The position numbers were made by a program, and so were the translations under genes. DNA of 64,000 nucleotides from a virus. The notes under the pieces were generated by a model that saw only the letters and a program-made list of their open reading frames with translations, was not told the origin of the DNA and searched no databases. Positions 35,451-44,002 of the stretch are shown piece after piece (the stretch's first letter is position 1; each line of letters begins with the position of its first letter). The DNA is taken from IMG/VR virus record IMGVR_UViG_3300032296_002019, positions 1 through 64,000 of that record; one strand, 5' to 3'.

Positions 35451-35872
35451 AGTGCAGCAAAAAATATAGTAGCAAACATTAATACTACAGATAGAGTCAT
35501 GTAGTGCTGCCTGTCTCTATTCCACCACTCTTCGTGTCTTTTATATATCAGCTTATTTTGTTTGTACATGTACTTAAAGCTGTCTAATTCTGCTTTATAC
35601 TTTAACGAAGATACAGTTAATTGGTTGTATTTATTTTCATTGTCAACTATGTACTTATTAAAATCAAATTTAGAAACTTCTAAAGATTTGTTTAATGTTT
35701 TAATACTATCATTCAACAAAGTAAATTGTTTGTTAATATCATTACCCTGCTTTAAAGTAATTAATACTATAGAATCATTACCAATTTTCTTTACCTGAGG
35801 ATACTGGGAGTAAGTCGAATTTGATATCAACACTACCATTAGAAACAGAATCAAGTTTCTTATTAGCTTCAT
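35447..35872 (-). CDS. exported coiled-coil protein with C-terminal TM (spanin-like?)
   Basis: Signal peptide, coiled coil, C-terminal hydrophobic tail; overlaps the upstream gene by 95 nt. Confidence 0.6.
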   Translation of the reverse strand: MKLIRNLILFLMVVLISNSTYSQYPQVKKIGNDSIVLITLKQGNDINKQFTLLNDSIKTLNKSLEVSKFDFNKYIVDNENKYNQLTVSSLKYKAELDSFKYMYKQNKLIYKRHEEWWNRDRQHYMTLSVVLMFATIFFAAL

Positions 35873-36119
35873 TTAATTCGGATTTTAATTGTTTAACTTC
35901 TTTTTTGAGAGAAACTATTTGTTTTGCTGTCTTAGTGATTATCTCACCAGTTTTTTTATCAGCCTGTTGAATAGCTACTTTATTGACTTCCTGCGTCTGC
36001 TTTATCTTTTTCATTAGTTCTACAAACTCATTATCTTTCTTAGCCTCTTCACTTGGAGTTTGACCTATGATCAAACAGGCTGAAAAGAACATAATCAGTA
36101 TAACTATAAAAACTTTCAT
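35778..36119 (-). CDS. exported coiled-coil protein (spanin-like?)
   Basis: Hydrophobic N-terminus (FFSAC, possible lipobox), long coiled coil. Confidence 0.6.
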   Translation of the reverse strand: MKVFIVILIMFFSACLIIGQTPSEEAKKDNEFVELMKKIKQTQEVNKVAIQQADKKTGEIITKTAKQIVSLKKEVKQLKSELNEANKKLDSVSNGSVDIKFDLLPVSSGKENW

Positions 36120-36427
36120 TACTGTGGGATTTTATTTAATTTATTAACTACTTCGTTTTTAGCTTCTGCTGCTGCGGCTTGGCCTATGAATATTCTTAAT
36201 TGATCTTCTAAAGTATCTATTTTAGTTTCTAACTTCTCTATCTTAGCATCTTGCTTGGCAATGATATCTTTGTTAGTCATTTTACCGTCTACATAAAGAT
36301 ATCCTATAGCTATTAGTACTATAAATAATAAACCTTTAACTGGGTCTTTAGAAAATTCTTTAAAGGATATAGGAGGCTTTATTGCGCCTGCTACTGAATC
36401 TACTGCTGATGTTTTTTTTGGTGCCAT
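36119..36427 (-). CDS. single-TM coiled-coil protein
   Basis: GLLFIVLIAIGYLY followed by a coiled coil. Confidence 0.7.
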   Translation of the reverse strand: MAPKKTSAVDSVAGAIKPPISFKEFSKDPVKGLLFIVLIAIGYLYVDGKMTNKDIIAKQDAKIEKLETKIDTLEDQLRIFIGQAAAAEAKNEVVNKLNKIPQ

Positions 36428-36430
36428 TTT

Positions 36431-36703
36431 TTATTTACTATTTTTTCCGTCTTCGAAAGATTTCCACTCTTCCAGATCATCTATACGCTGTTCTTGTTCC
36501 TCTAGCCAGTCAGCCTTTCTTTCTCTCTCGTCTATAATCTGTTGTATTTTTAATTCTAACTGCTTTTTATCTTCTTGATGTTCAGCTCTCATTAAACGAA
36601 ACTCACTGAAGATACCTCCCGCAGCAAAAGCTACGGTGAGGATACCTCCAATGATACTCCAGTTTTGAGATATAAACTGGGATGTTTTAGATTCGTTTTG
36701 CAT
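36431..36703 (-). CDS. single-TM coiled-coil protein
   Basis: WSIIGGILTVAFAAGG followed by a coiled coil. Confidence 0.7.
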   Translation of the reverse strand: MQNESKTSQFISQNWSIIGGILTVAFAAGGIFSEFRLMRAEHQEDKKQLELKIQQIIDERERKADWLEEQEQRIDDLEEWKSFEDGKNSK

Positions 36704-36936
36704 TATTTTACGCTGTCAACTATATCAACTACTACACTGTCAACTACTGGAACTTGTTTTGTTTCAAATAAATCACTTACGTGACTTACTATCAACTTAA
36801 TGTTCACTAACTCTTCTGGAATGTATCCATACTTAACTCCAGCTAAAGCGAGAGCTATTACTACTATAGAAATAACTACTACATGCTTAGCTTTTCCTTT
36901 CAATGCGTCTAATAATACTTTTAATTTTTCTAACAT
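36703..36936 (-). CDS. single-TM protein
   Basis: VVVISIVVIALALAGV. Confidence 0.65.
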   Translation of the reverse strand: MLEKLKVLLDALKGKAKHVVVISIVVIALALAGVKYGYIPEELVNIKLIVSHVSDLFETKQVPVVDSVVVDIVDSVK

Positions 36937-36962
36937 TTAATTTAATTTTGGTTATGTAATGT

Positions 36963-37223
36963 TTATACAACAGAATCTTCGCTATCCTTATCTGCCTTCT
37001 TGTTAATGAATTTGTCTACTGAGGATATACCAAAGCAGCCTAGAGTCAACCAAAGAAAGGAATTGAAGATAAATTCTTGAATAACCAATTCTTTTCCTAA
37101 ACTACCTGTTATAATGTCAGCTACAGCGAACACTACCATCATAGTAAAAGCTAAAAAACCTATAAAAGATTTTTCATTAATGTCATTACTGTCTTTAAAT
37201 AGGGAACTAAAAAATTTTTTCAT
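36963..37223 (-). CDS. two-TM protein (holin-like)
   Basis: DSNDINEKSFIGF..two TMs..GISSVDKF, charged tail; start ATG 37223. Confidence 0.6.
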   Translation of the reverse strand: MKKFFSSLFKDSNDINEKSFIGFLAFTMMVVFAVADIITGSLGKELVIQEFIFNSFLWLTLGCFGISSVDKFINKKADKDSEDSVV

Positions 37224-37298
37224 AATATTAAATAATTGTTTTATAATACAGAACCTAATATTATGCAACCAGAAAACCTATGTGTTATAATAAATATA

Positions 37299-38210
37299 CT
37301 ACTTCAACCCTAATTTAGATGTCAATATGGCATTGTCATCTTGAATAGTAGTGCAGCTTGTTGGTGTTGGTCCTACCCACCATAAAGGTAAGCAGCTACC
37401 TCCAATAGACCCCATAATAGGCCCTGAATTTGTTGAGTAATCGCAAGGCTTATAAGTGTACACAATATTGCAATTTGCATCCCATTGTGCCTGGTGGAAT
37501 AGTCCAACCGTATGTCCTGATTCATGAGACACTGCTACTCTTATTCGGAGAGTATTAAATGACATAGTATTTGAAAACACGAAGCATTCAGGCGTTCCTC
37601 CGAACATAGAGCCAACATAAGCAATACCAGCCACACCAGGATATATTTCACTTGAAGTAGTAACAACTACTCTCATTCTTTTAGCTACGCTTGCTGCTAA
37701 ATAAACATTTTCATCTGTTGTAACAGTAATGTTATACTTAGCAAAATCTTTCTTAACACTATCGAGAATAGTTTGTATTTGTTCGGGTAATAATCCACTT
37801 GGTTGGCAATAGGTAGCAACACCATTATTCCAAGCACTACCAGCTGGTAGGTTATATCCATCAAAGTCAAGTAATAATACAGATGATACAGAAGGTTCAT
37901 TACCATATGGATATGGATCGCAAGCATCTCCTATACCATCTTTATCTGTATCCTTCTGATCAGAATTTCTAGTTCTAGGACAGTTGTCGTTTATATCCGG
38001 TACTCCGTCTTTATCGGAGTCTCTAAGCTTAGTAGATCCTCCTCCTGATCTAGCCATCTCGAATTCCTCAGCAGTTCTGAATGAATTATTGCTTAATGGG
38101 CCAAAGTCACAAACTTCTGGTTTAGACGGTTTAGAAGGGGATATTTCTTTTGTGCAAGTTGCTACGAGTAAAGATGCAAATGCTAGGATGAAAAGGATTT
38201 GTTTTTTCAT
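37299..38210 (-). CDS. lipoprotein metzincin protease with thrombospondin type-3 Ca-binding repeats
   Basis: Lipobox LVATC; DSDKDGVPDINDNCP..DTDKDGIGDACD; HESGHTVGLFH; Met-turn PIMG. Confidence 0.85.
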   Translation of the reverse strand: MKKQILFILAFASLLVATCTKEISPSKPSKPEVCDFGPLSNNSFRTAEEFEMARSGGGSTKLRDSDKDGVPDINDNCPRTRNSDQKDTDKDGIGDACDPYPYGNEPSVSSVLLLDFDGYNLPAGSAWNNGVATYCQPSGLLPEQIQTILDSVKKDFAKYNITVTTDENVYLAASVAKRMRVVVTTSSEIYPGVAGIAYVGSMFGGTPECFVFSNTMSFNTLRIRVAVSHESGHTVGLFHQAQWDANCNIVYTYKPCDYSTNSGPIMGSIGGSCLPLWWVGPTPTSCTTIQDDNAILTSKLGLK

Positions 38211-38274
38211 GTTCTGTAATTATTATATAAATTATACATAACACAAAACAAAATTCTGCCTACTATAAATAGAG

Positions 38275-38296
38275 AAAGGGAGTAGAAACTCCCCTT
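38275..38296 (-). terminator. hairpin terminator after tmRNA
   Basis: GAAGGGGAGT-TTCT-ACTCCCTTTC. Confidence 0.6.
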
Positions 38297-38327
38297 CGTT
38301 TTTCCTAACCTTAACCTACCTTTTGAG

Positions 38328-38837
38328 TGGAGATGGTGGGATTCGAACCCACGTCTCCGAAAGAGACAATAATACTAACGTCTCACATGCTTAGTACTAA
38401 TTAGTGTTCGTCTTACGTTAGCTCAACGAGTCATTTCGTAAGCTGGTACGATACTAATCTGCACCGTAAGAGGCCAACCGTATAGATCGGGGTCCACCAC
38501 CTTGTTTTATGACTACAAGGAAAACTTTTGTTAGTGTTTCGCCCCCTATATCACTAACTAAGACGCTCAAAGTCGGCTTTGACCATTAAGGGAGCCCTCA
38601 ATCCACAGTCCTTATTTAACGAGTCGATCGTGAATACTCAGAGTAGTTCTGTTCCTAGGTTACTCACCCGACGCGGACTAGGCTGCTACAGCGTAGTCGG
38701 CACCAACGAAGTCCATAAGATCTTCGAAGGTCATTGTTGACATTTCGTCATTTACTGTTTGGTATCTTCTAAGGCAGTATACCCAAATGCCTGCATGTAG
38801 TATTACCTCTGCATCCGGATCGATACCGGTCATCCCC
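38328..38837 (-). ncRNA. ssrA: tmRNA
   Basis: 5' GGGGATGACCGGTATCGA; 3' GACGTGGGTTCGAATCCCACCATCTCCA (G3-U acceptor pair); tag ORF 38749-38678 DEMSTMTFEDLMDFVGADYAVAA*. Confidence 0.92.
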
Positions 38838-38840
38838 ATA

Positions 38841-39023
38841 TTACTTCAAACTAGAACTGTCCGGTGTGTTCTTACTGTCAGGATCCTCAGCAATTATAGA
38901 GGAACCTATAGTAGGCGTACCAGGTTCTTTTTTAGACTTCTTACCGCTAAAAGCGATATAAAGAACAGCAGCCCCTATAAGACAGAGACCAACTACTAAC
39001 AATACAAGATCTAATTTTTCCAT
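38841..39023 (-). CDS. small single-TM protein
   Basis: TM followed by a basic/Pro-rich tail; stop 3 nt before the tmRNA 5' end. Confidence 0.6.
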   Translation of the reverse strand: MEKLDLVLLVVGLCLIGAAVLYIAFSGKKSKKEPGTPTIGSSIIAEDPDSKNTPDSSSLK

Positions 39024-39048
39024 TTTTTATAATTTTAAATAAAAAAAT

Positions 39049-39345
39049 CTGGCGGGAATACTGATTACCCGCAACCCCTGGACGGACCCCTTTTCACCCA
39101 TAGTCCACAAAGATGATCAGTCCTTGTGTTGAGACTAGCTGGATTGACTACCAGCAACGCCTGCGGAGATCAGTTGCAATTTCTTCGGCGTATCCAGAGC
39201 ACTGTTGGGTTGCGCATTCTACCCTTAGTGATGGTGGTTTTAACTCATCCGTCTGTGATACCCAACTCAACAGCTTTTCAGCTATCTCGCCAGTGCTTTA
39301 GCAGCTCTCAACCGCTTATTCAGCCACAGTTTTTCTTAAAAGAAC
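39049..39345 (-). ncRNA. unidentified ~300-nt highly structured ncRNA
   Basis: GC-rich island with no credible ORF; nested helices (see findings); promoters at 39351-39369; terminator hairpin 39051-39072 followed by a T run. Confidence 0.7.
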
Positions 39346-39350
39346 TTCTA

Positions 39351-39369
39351 CAAATGTATATATAAATAT
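39351..39369 (-). promoter_or_regulatory. tandem ATATTTATA motif and TACATTTG (-7) promoter
   Basis: ATATTTATATATACATTTG, then AAGTTCTTT leader. Confidence 0.6.
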
Positions 39370-39387
39370 CTATAATTTATATTTTTT

Positions 39388-39699
39388 TTAAATATTTTTT
39401 TTGTTGTAGTTATCTAAATGTTTTTGAGCCCTAGCACATAGTTCGTAATTTTCGTATTTAATTAGGTTTTCCATGTTTGTATCTAGAGTTTCATAGAAAT
39501 TGTAATAAGAAGCATGTAATGTTATTGTATGTATCTTAGTTATTATCTGGGCTATGGTTACTCTCTTTAAGTCATTCTCTATAGCATAGCATATCTTTTC
39601 TACAATAGCAGTAGACAATCCTTCTTCATGTTCTGCCATTATATTTGCAAAAGTCATATCATTATCTAGAACTTCTATTAAATACAAATCAGAATCCAT
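39388..39699 (-). CDS. protein with C-terminal UVR-like motif
   Basis: LIKYENYELCARAQK. Confidence 0.65.
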   Translation of the reverse strand: MDSDLYLIEVLDNDMTFANIMAEHEEGLSTAIVEKICYAIENDLKRVTIAQIITKIHTITLHASYYNFYETLDTNMENLIKYENYELCARAQKHLDNYNKKNI

Positions 39700-40054
39700 A
39701 TTTCTCCCAAATTTTATAGTACCAATCTAATATAAATTTAAGATCTTCAATACTAGTTTGACCTTTTAATGAGTCAATATATTGATCGCATTTATTTATT
39801 TCATTATTTAGATTTCTAATATTGTCGCTTTTTATTGTCTTTCTATCAAAGAAGTCCTTCTTTTCTTTTAACTTTTCTTTTAGTATAGGGATTTTTTTAT
39901 CAGCCTCATTCTTTAAAATCTCCTCTTTAGATTTATTAACCATAAAAGCAGTGAGACCAGAAGCTCTTCCAGAAAATCTAAGCAGAGAATCAGCTTTATC
40001 TTTTACTTTTAAAAGATCATCAGCCATTTTATCTATGCCTACTTTCCTTTTCAT
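39689..40054 (-). CDS. hypothetical protein
   Basis: ORF track. Confidence 0.65.
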   Translation of the reverse strand: MKRKVGIDKMADDLLKVKDKADSLLRFSGRASGLTAFMVNKSKEEILKNEADKKIPILKEKLKEKKDFFDRKTIKSDNIRNLNNEINKCDQYIDSLKGQTSIEDLKFILDWYYKIWEKYGF

Positions 40055-40749
40055 TTTTTATAGCGGACTATTAGATCATCTCCAAAATCATCTTTCTTAT
40101 CACTCTGATCATAAATATAGTTATTTTCTAGGTCAATAGATTTTTTTATGTCCTCCTCATGCTTTACAGGAAGATCAAGATCTATTTTTACAGGTCTAAC
40201 GTCCGTATAGTCTTCCATAACTGACAGTTGCTTTTGGGTGAATACTTCCCCTACGCAAAGGAAATAACAGTTATAGCATAGAAACTCTACGTTCTCTAAT
40301 CTCCAGTTTTTCTTATTGCCATCTTTAAAATTCAAGATCAGCGGAACTTTATAATCTATTAATCTTTTTTCTTTAAACCCACATCTAGAACATTGTTCTG
40401 GTAGTATGCAATGCTCTATCATTTGGGTTTTTAATATCTTTATAGACACAAAGGTTTTGGGAACCCTCTCTTCCATTATATCGATTATAGAAGCTTTATC
40501 GTGTCTTCTCTTTCCAAATTTAGGAATACCTTTAGCTGCTTGATTTTTATGTACCTCAAAGAGAGTCTTTCCCTCTTCATTTCGATACATGTTAGCATAT
40601 TTTTTATAGGTCTTAAAAGACACTCCCAGGAACTTTGCAGCTGCTTTATTTGAAAGAGTCTCTCTCATGGCCCTTTCTATTGTCTGTCTTTCTATATTTA
40701 AGTCCTGGCCTCTATTTGACTTCTGCTTTCTAAAAGACTTTATCTGCAT
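40051..40749 (-). CDS. HTH plus degenerate HNH zinc-finger protein
   Basis: SNKAAAKFLGVSFKTYKKY; CSRCG..LNFKDGNKKNWRLENVEFLCYNCY. Confidence 0.7.
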   Translation of the reverse strand: MQIKSFRKQKSNRGQDLNIERQTIERAMRETLSNKAAAKFLGVSFKTYKKYANMYRNEEGKTLFEVHKNQAAKGIPKFGKRRHDKASIIDIMEERVPKTFVSIKILKTQMIEHCILPEQCSRCGFKEKRLIDYKVPLILNFKDGNKKNWRLENVEFLCYNCYFLCVGEVFTQKQLSVMEDYTDVRPVKIDLDLPVKHEEDIKKSIDLENNYIYDQSDKKDDFGDDLIVRYKK

Positions 40750-40751
40750 AA

Positions 40752-41165
40752 CTAGAAGTTTTTATTTATCAGATACCACAAATCGTTTCCGTTATTTAGA
40801 GGTATGACATTCTTCTCATCGTCTACTAGATCCAATACAGATCCATCTGCACAATACCTATCATACAAATAAAAATTTATTAGATTAAGCTGTTGCTTAT
40901 TAAAGTTGAAAGTTAAAAAATCTGTTATTATATTTAGAAAAAGCTCGTTGTACTTATTCATGTCTATCTGATAGGCCTCCTCTATCATAACGGCCCTTTC
41001 TTCCGCTACTACTATAGATTCTATTATTCGATTGAATAGTATTCTTTTCTGATCTTCTAAAGTTTTTTTTGTCTTCCTTAAAGAAGTTTCTTGCCCTAGT
41101 ATTTTATCTATGGCTATTTTAACATTTTGATCATGACTGTTTCTAGGATCGAATTCTTTCTTCAT
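40752..41165 (-). CDS. hypothetical protein
   Basis: ORF track. Confidence 0.7.
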   Translation of the reverse strand: MKKEFDPRNSHDQNVKIAIDKILGQETSLRKTKKTLEDQKRILFNRIIESIVVAEERAVMIEEAYQIDMNKYNELFLNIITDFLTFNFNKQQLNLINFYLYDRYCADGSVLDLVDDEKNVIPLNNGNDLWYLINKNF

Positions 41166-41505
41166 AACAAAGTTTTTCTATAATATCTGTACATTGTTTG
41201 CATTTCTCATAATCTTCCATCTCAGGACGGGAATAATATTCTATTGCTTTTTTTAAAGCTGGTTCCCATTTGTCTTTAGATAAAGATACGTAAACATCTT
41301 CATTTAATTTGAAGATCTCAGCATTTGATTTATTCTTTTGCAAACTAAATTTTATGGCTTCTATTAGATTATCAAACACTATTTTTTGAGTTTCAGGCAT
41401 ATCCGATATCTCACTGTAATCTGAGAAGTCTCGTACTGTATAATTCAAGAAGGGCACCACTCTTTTTTTTGCCACTTTTCTATCTTTCTTCTTGTTCATA
41501 TGCAT
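41143..41505 (-). CDS. protein with C-terminal UVR-like motif
   Basis: ALKKAIEYY..EDYEKC. Confidence 0.65.
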   Translation of the reverse strand: MHMNKKKDRKVAKKRVVPFLNYTVRDFSDYSEISDMPETQKIVFDNLIEAIKFSLQKNKSNAEIFKLNEDVYVSLSKDKWEPALKKAIEYYSRPEMEDYEKCKQCTDIIEKLCYEERIRS

Positions 41506-41509
41506 GATT

Positions 41510-42310
41510 TTAAAAGATTTTAATTGCGTCTTTTATCACTGACAGTATGCTACTCTCTTGTAGAAGAGAGCTTTTAGGAGAATCATCTTGTGAAAAGTCA
41601 GATATACAGAATATTGAATCCATTAATTTATCTCCCTTAGGATTAAAATCAGCCCTAGGTGGAGTTTTAAAAGTTTTTGTGGCATCAACATCCCAAGTCT
41701 TTATCCTGTCTTCCCTAAAGAACCTCCAACCTGGGAGGGCTTTTTTCTGAGGATTTTTATCTGCACTGACTGATTTACCTGATCCAACCCAGGCACGTAC
41801 ATACTTTATACCCTTTTTAGATCCATATGCTACAGGCTGTACGTCTGTACGCCATCCTGGAGCCTCTTCTTCGTCCCCTTGATAGTAAAGCTTTACGAAT
41901 CTCTTATTTGTTATTGCATCGCATATATCGTCTCCTTTGCCTCCTAGATTTCTTTTCTTAACTGTAGGGGGAGTAGTTGGAGGTTCTTTTTTAGTTTTAC
42001 TCTTGGCAGTTTTAGGACCTACGTCAATAGTTCTAGATTTCTTTCCTAGTATATTCCAGTTAACTATTTTATCTTGTTGATATCTTTTTATTTCAGCTTT
42101 CTTACCTGCCTCTTTAGGAATCTCATAGGCTACTAAATATTTCTTTCCTTTTGTGTCTTCTACCTTGATAGCTTCTATGGTTTTCCAGCCTCTAGGAGAA
42201 TCACTGTCGCCTTGATAATATACGGATACTTGAGAGCCAGAATCCAGCATTTTCTTAGCTGTGGCGTCATCAAGAGGGGCTTCTAATAGTAGTCTTAATA
42301 AATTTCTCAC
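41510..42310 (-). CDS. tandem WYL-domain protein
   Basis: C-half DAITNKRFVKLYYQG..R..VQPVAYG..YVRAW..GWRFFREDRI; N-half is a diverged repeat (VSVYYQGD..GW). Confidence 0.85.
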   Translation of the reverse strand: MRNLLRLLLEAPLDDATAKKMLDSGSQVSVYYQGDSDSPRGWKTIEAIKVEDTKGKKYLVAYEIPKEAGKKAEIKRYQQDKIVNWNILGKKSRTIDVGPKTAKSKTKKEPPTTPPTVKKRNLGGKGDDICDAITNKRFVKLYYQGDEEEAPGWRTDVQPVAYGSKKGIKYVRAWVGSGKSVSADKNPQKKALPGWRFFREDRIKTWDVDATKTFKTPPRADFNPKGDKLMDSIFCISDFSQDDSPKSSLLQESSILSVIKDAIKIF

Positions 42311-42313
42311 GTA

Positions 42314-42337
42314 TATAAATATCTTAGTACAAAGATA
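42314..42337 (-). promoter_or_regulatory. TATCTTTG (-7) plus ATATTTATA tandem promoter
   Basis: TATCTTTGTACTAAGATATTTATA directly before the GTG start. Confidence 0.55.
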
Positions 42338-42341
42338 ATCA

Positions 42342-43172
42342 TTATACGTTATATATCAAATCTTTATAAAAATGGTAATGGCATACCCCTATCTTTTCAA
42401 AATATATATTCTTATGAGATGGGTCTCCTATCTTATGCATTTCTACCATATAGAGAAGATCTTCGAATTGGTCTTTTATTAAACAGTATTTTTTTAGATC
42501 TTTAGTAGTTCTTCCTAGGTGGGTTTCGCAATCAAACTTAATATCAAAAGGCAGTTCCCAAGGCTTTATATTTTGATTCCGTGCCTTTTCTTGGTGATAA
42601 ACAGAAGTTTTATACTCGATATCAGAACCGTAAATGCTATCAATATTAGTGATGTCAAGAATAAAAAAAGTAGTTTGAGGAGTGTAAAAGCCTGAATCAA
42701 ACACTTCATAAGTTTTATGTAAATTCTTTTTTCCACCTGCTTTTAATATTGATTCATAACTAAATCCTGGTATATAATAAAACTCTGCCTCTTCTACTTC
42801 GGAATCTAGTATATCATCCGTAGATATAACATCATCCATGCTCTTCCATAAATATCTAACATCCGGTATATTATTCTTTACATAATTCAATATAGATTCC
42901 TCTAAGTCTATTGTACCGAACATATGTCCTTTATTTACATCTGACTCTAATATAATAGAGCTAGGGAATGATTTTAACCAGGTATTTTTAAAAGCATTTA
43001 ATGCATGGTTAGATAGATCTGGGATTTTATTTACAGATAAAACTATATAGGGAAAATTTTTTATGAAGGATTCGTTGTATTGTAAAAAGAATTTAAGTTG
43101 TTCCCAACTATCTTCTTTTACTGTAGCTATTGTAGAAAAACAAGAAACGTTAACTAACGACCTCAGTTTCAT
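42342..43172 (-). CDS. putative glycosyltransferase (GT-A-like)
   Basis: NKGHMFG..YLWKSMDDV pattern; cluster context. Confidence 0.5.
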   Translation of the reverse strand: MKLRSLVNVSCFSTIATVKEDSWEQLKFFLQYNESFIKNFPYIVLSVNKIPDLSNHALNAFKNTWLKSFPSSIILESDVNKGHMFGTIDLEESILNYVKNNIPDVRYLWKSMDDVISTDDILDSEVEEAEFYYIPGFSYESILKAGGKKNLHKTYEVFDSGFYTPQTTFFILDITNIDSIYGSDIEYKTSVYHQEKARNQNIKPWELPFDIKFDCETHLGRTTKDLKKYCLIKDQFEDLLYMVEMHKIGDPSHKNIYFEKIGVCHYHFYKDLIYNV

Positions 43173-43998
43173 TTTTTAAAAATTGTGGGTATTGAACCAT
43201 AAGAGATTTTATTACTTCTGGATACCTATCTATGGAAACTGTCTTATAGTTTATACCTAATCTTTTCAACACATCTTTTCCCTCTTTTAAAGATGTATTT
43301 ATGTTATCCATAGAAGTTATATCTGGTCTATTAAACTCTGTATGGGCGAATGATTCTATCTTAGTTTTTACTTTCTCGGAGCCTCCTAAATAAGAGAAGT
43401 GCCACCCAGCATTTGGTATTCTCATGAAGGTGTTCCTATTATCTCTTAGGTATTGAGGACCATTGCTTTTAAAGAAATCTCCTGTGCACATTACAGTTCC
43501 GTTCCAATCCCTATCAAATCCCTCCATTTGGCAATTCATGTAGTAATAATGAAAAAGGAGAGTTAGAGAGATAGCTTTACTTTTATGTTTTAAAAAAACA
43601 TTACCATTCCTAACATAAGTAATAACTTCTGGATTAGGTATTTCATCTAGGTCTCCTACTAAAATTACATCAGAATCTTCCATCAGATCTTGTGCATAAG
43701 TTATCCCTAATCTCTGTTGATTTTCTAATGTCCAAGATCCATCAGTTGGGGTATACCCATTTACCTTCTCAAACTTTAAATCCTCTATAGATTGTTCTAT
43801 AGGAAGGTATACTATCTTATCAATCCACTTTTGATATCTTTCTTTGTTTTGTTCAAAGAAGTACGGTTTAGGCTTCCCACTATGAGTGTAGTTTGATTCA
43901 CATATAACAAACTTATCAACTACATCATATAACAACTTTAATCTAAACTCTAATAAATCTAATTCATTAAAAAAAGTAAAACAATCAAAGATTTTCAT
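43150..43998 (-). CDS. glycosyltransferase family 17-like (MGAT3-like GlcNAc transferase)
   Basis: DCFTFFNELDLL..ESNYTHSGKPK..ENQQR..DLDEIP..GWHFSY. Confidence 0.85.
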   Translation of the reverse strand: MKIFDCFTFFNELDLLEFRLKLLYDVVDKFVICESNYTHSGKPKPYFFEQNKERYQKWIDKIVYLPIEQSIEDLKFEKVNGYTPTDGSWTLENQQRLGITYAQDLMEDSDVILVGDLDEIPNPEVITYVRNGNVFLKHKSKAISLTLLFHYYYMNCQMEGFDRDWNGTVMCTGDFFKSNGPQYLRDNRNTFMRIPNAGWHFSYLGGSEKVKTKIESFAHTEFNRPDITSMDNINTSLKEGKDVLKRLGINYKTVSIDRYPEVIKSLMVQYPQFLKNETEVVS

Positions 43999-44002
43999 AA
44001 CG

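Noticed and set aside
39049-39345. RNase P RNA, SRP RNA or group I/II intron
   Set aside because: No GAGGAAAGUCC or 3' CGGCUUA P4 strands, no SRP GGAA/AGCAG loop, no domain V or P7 consensus, and no interrupted gene
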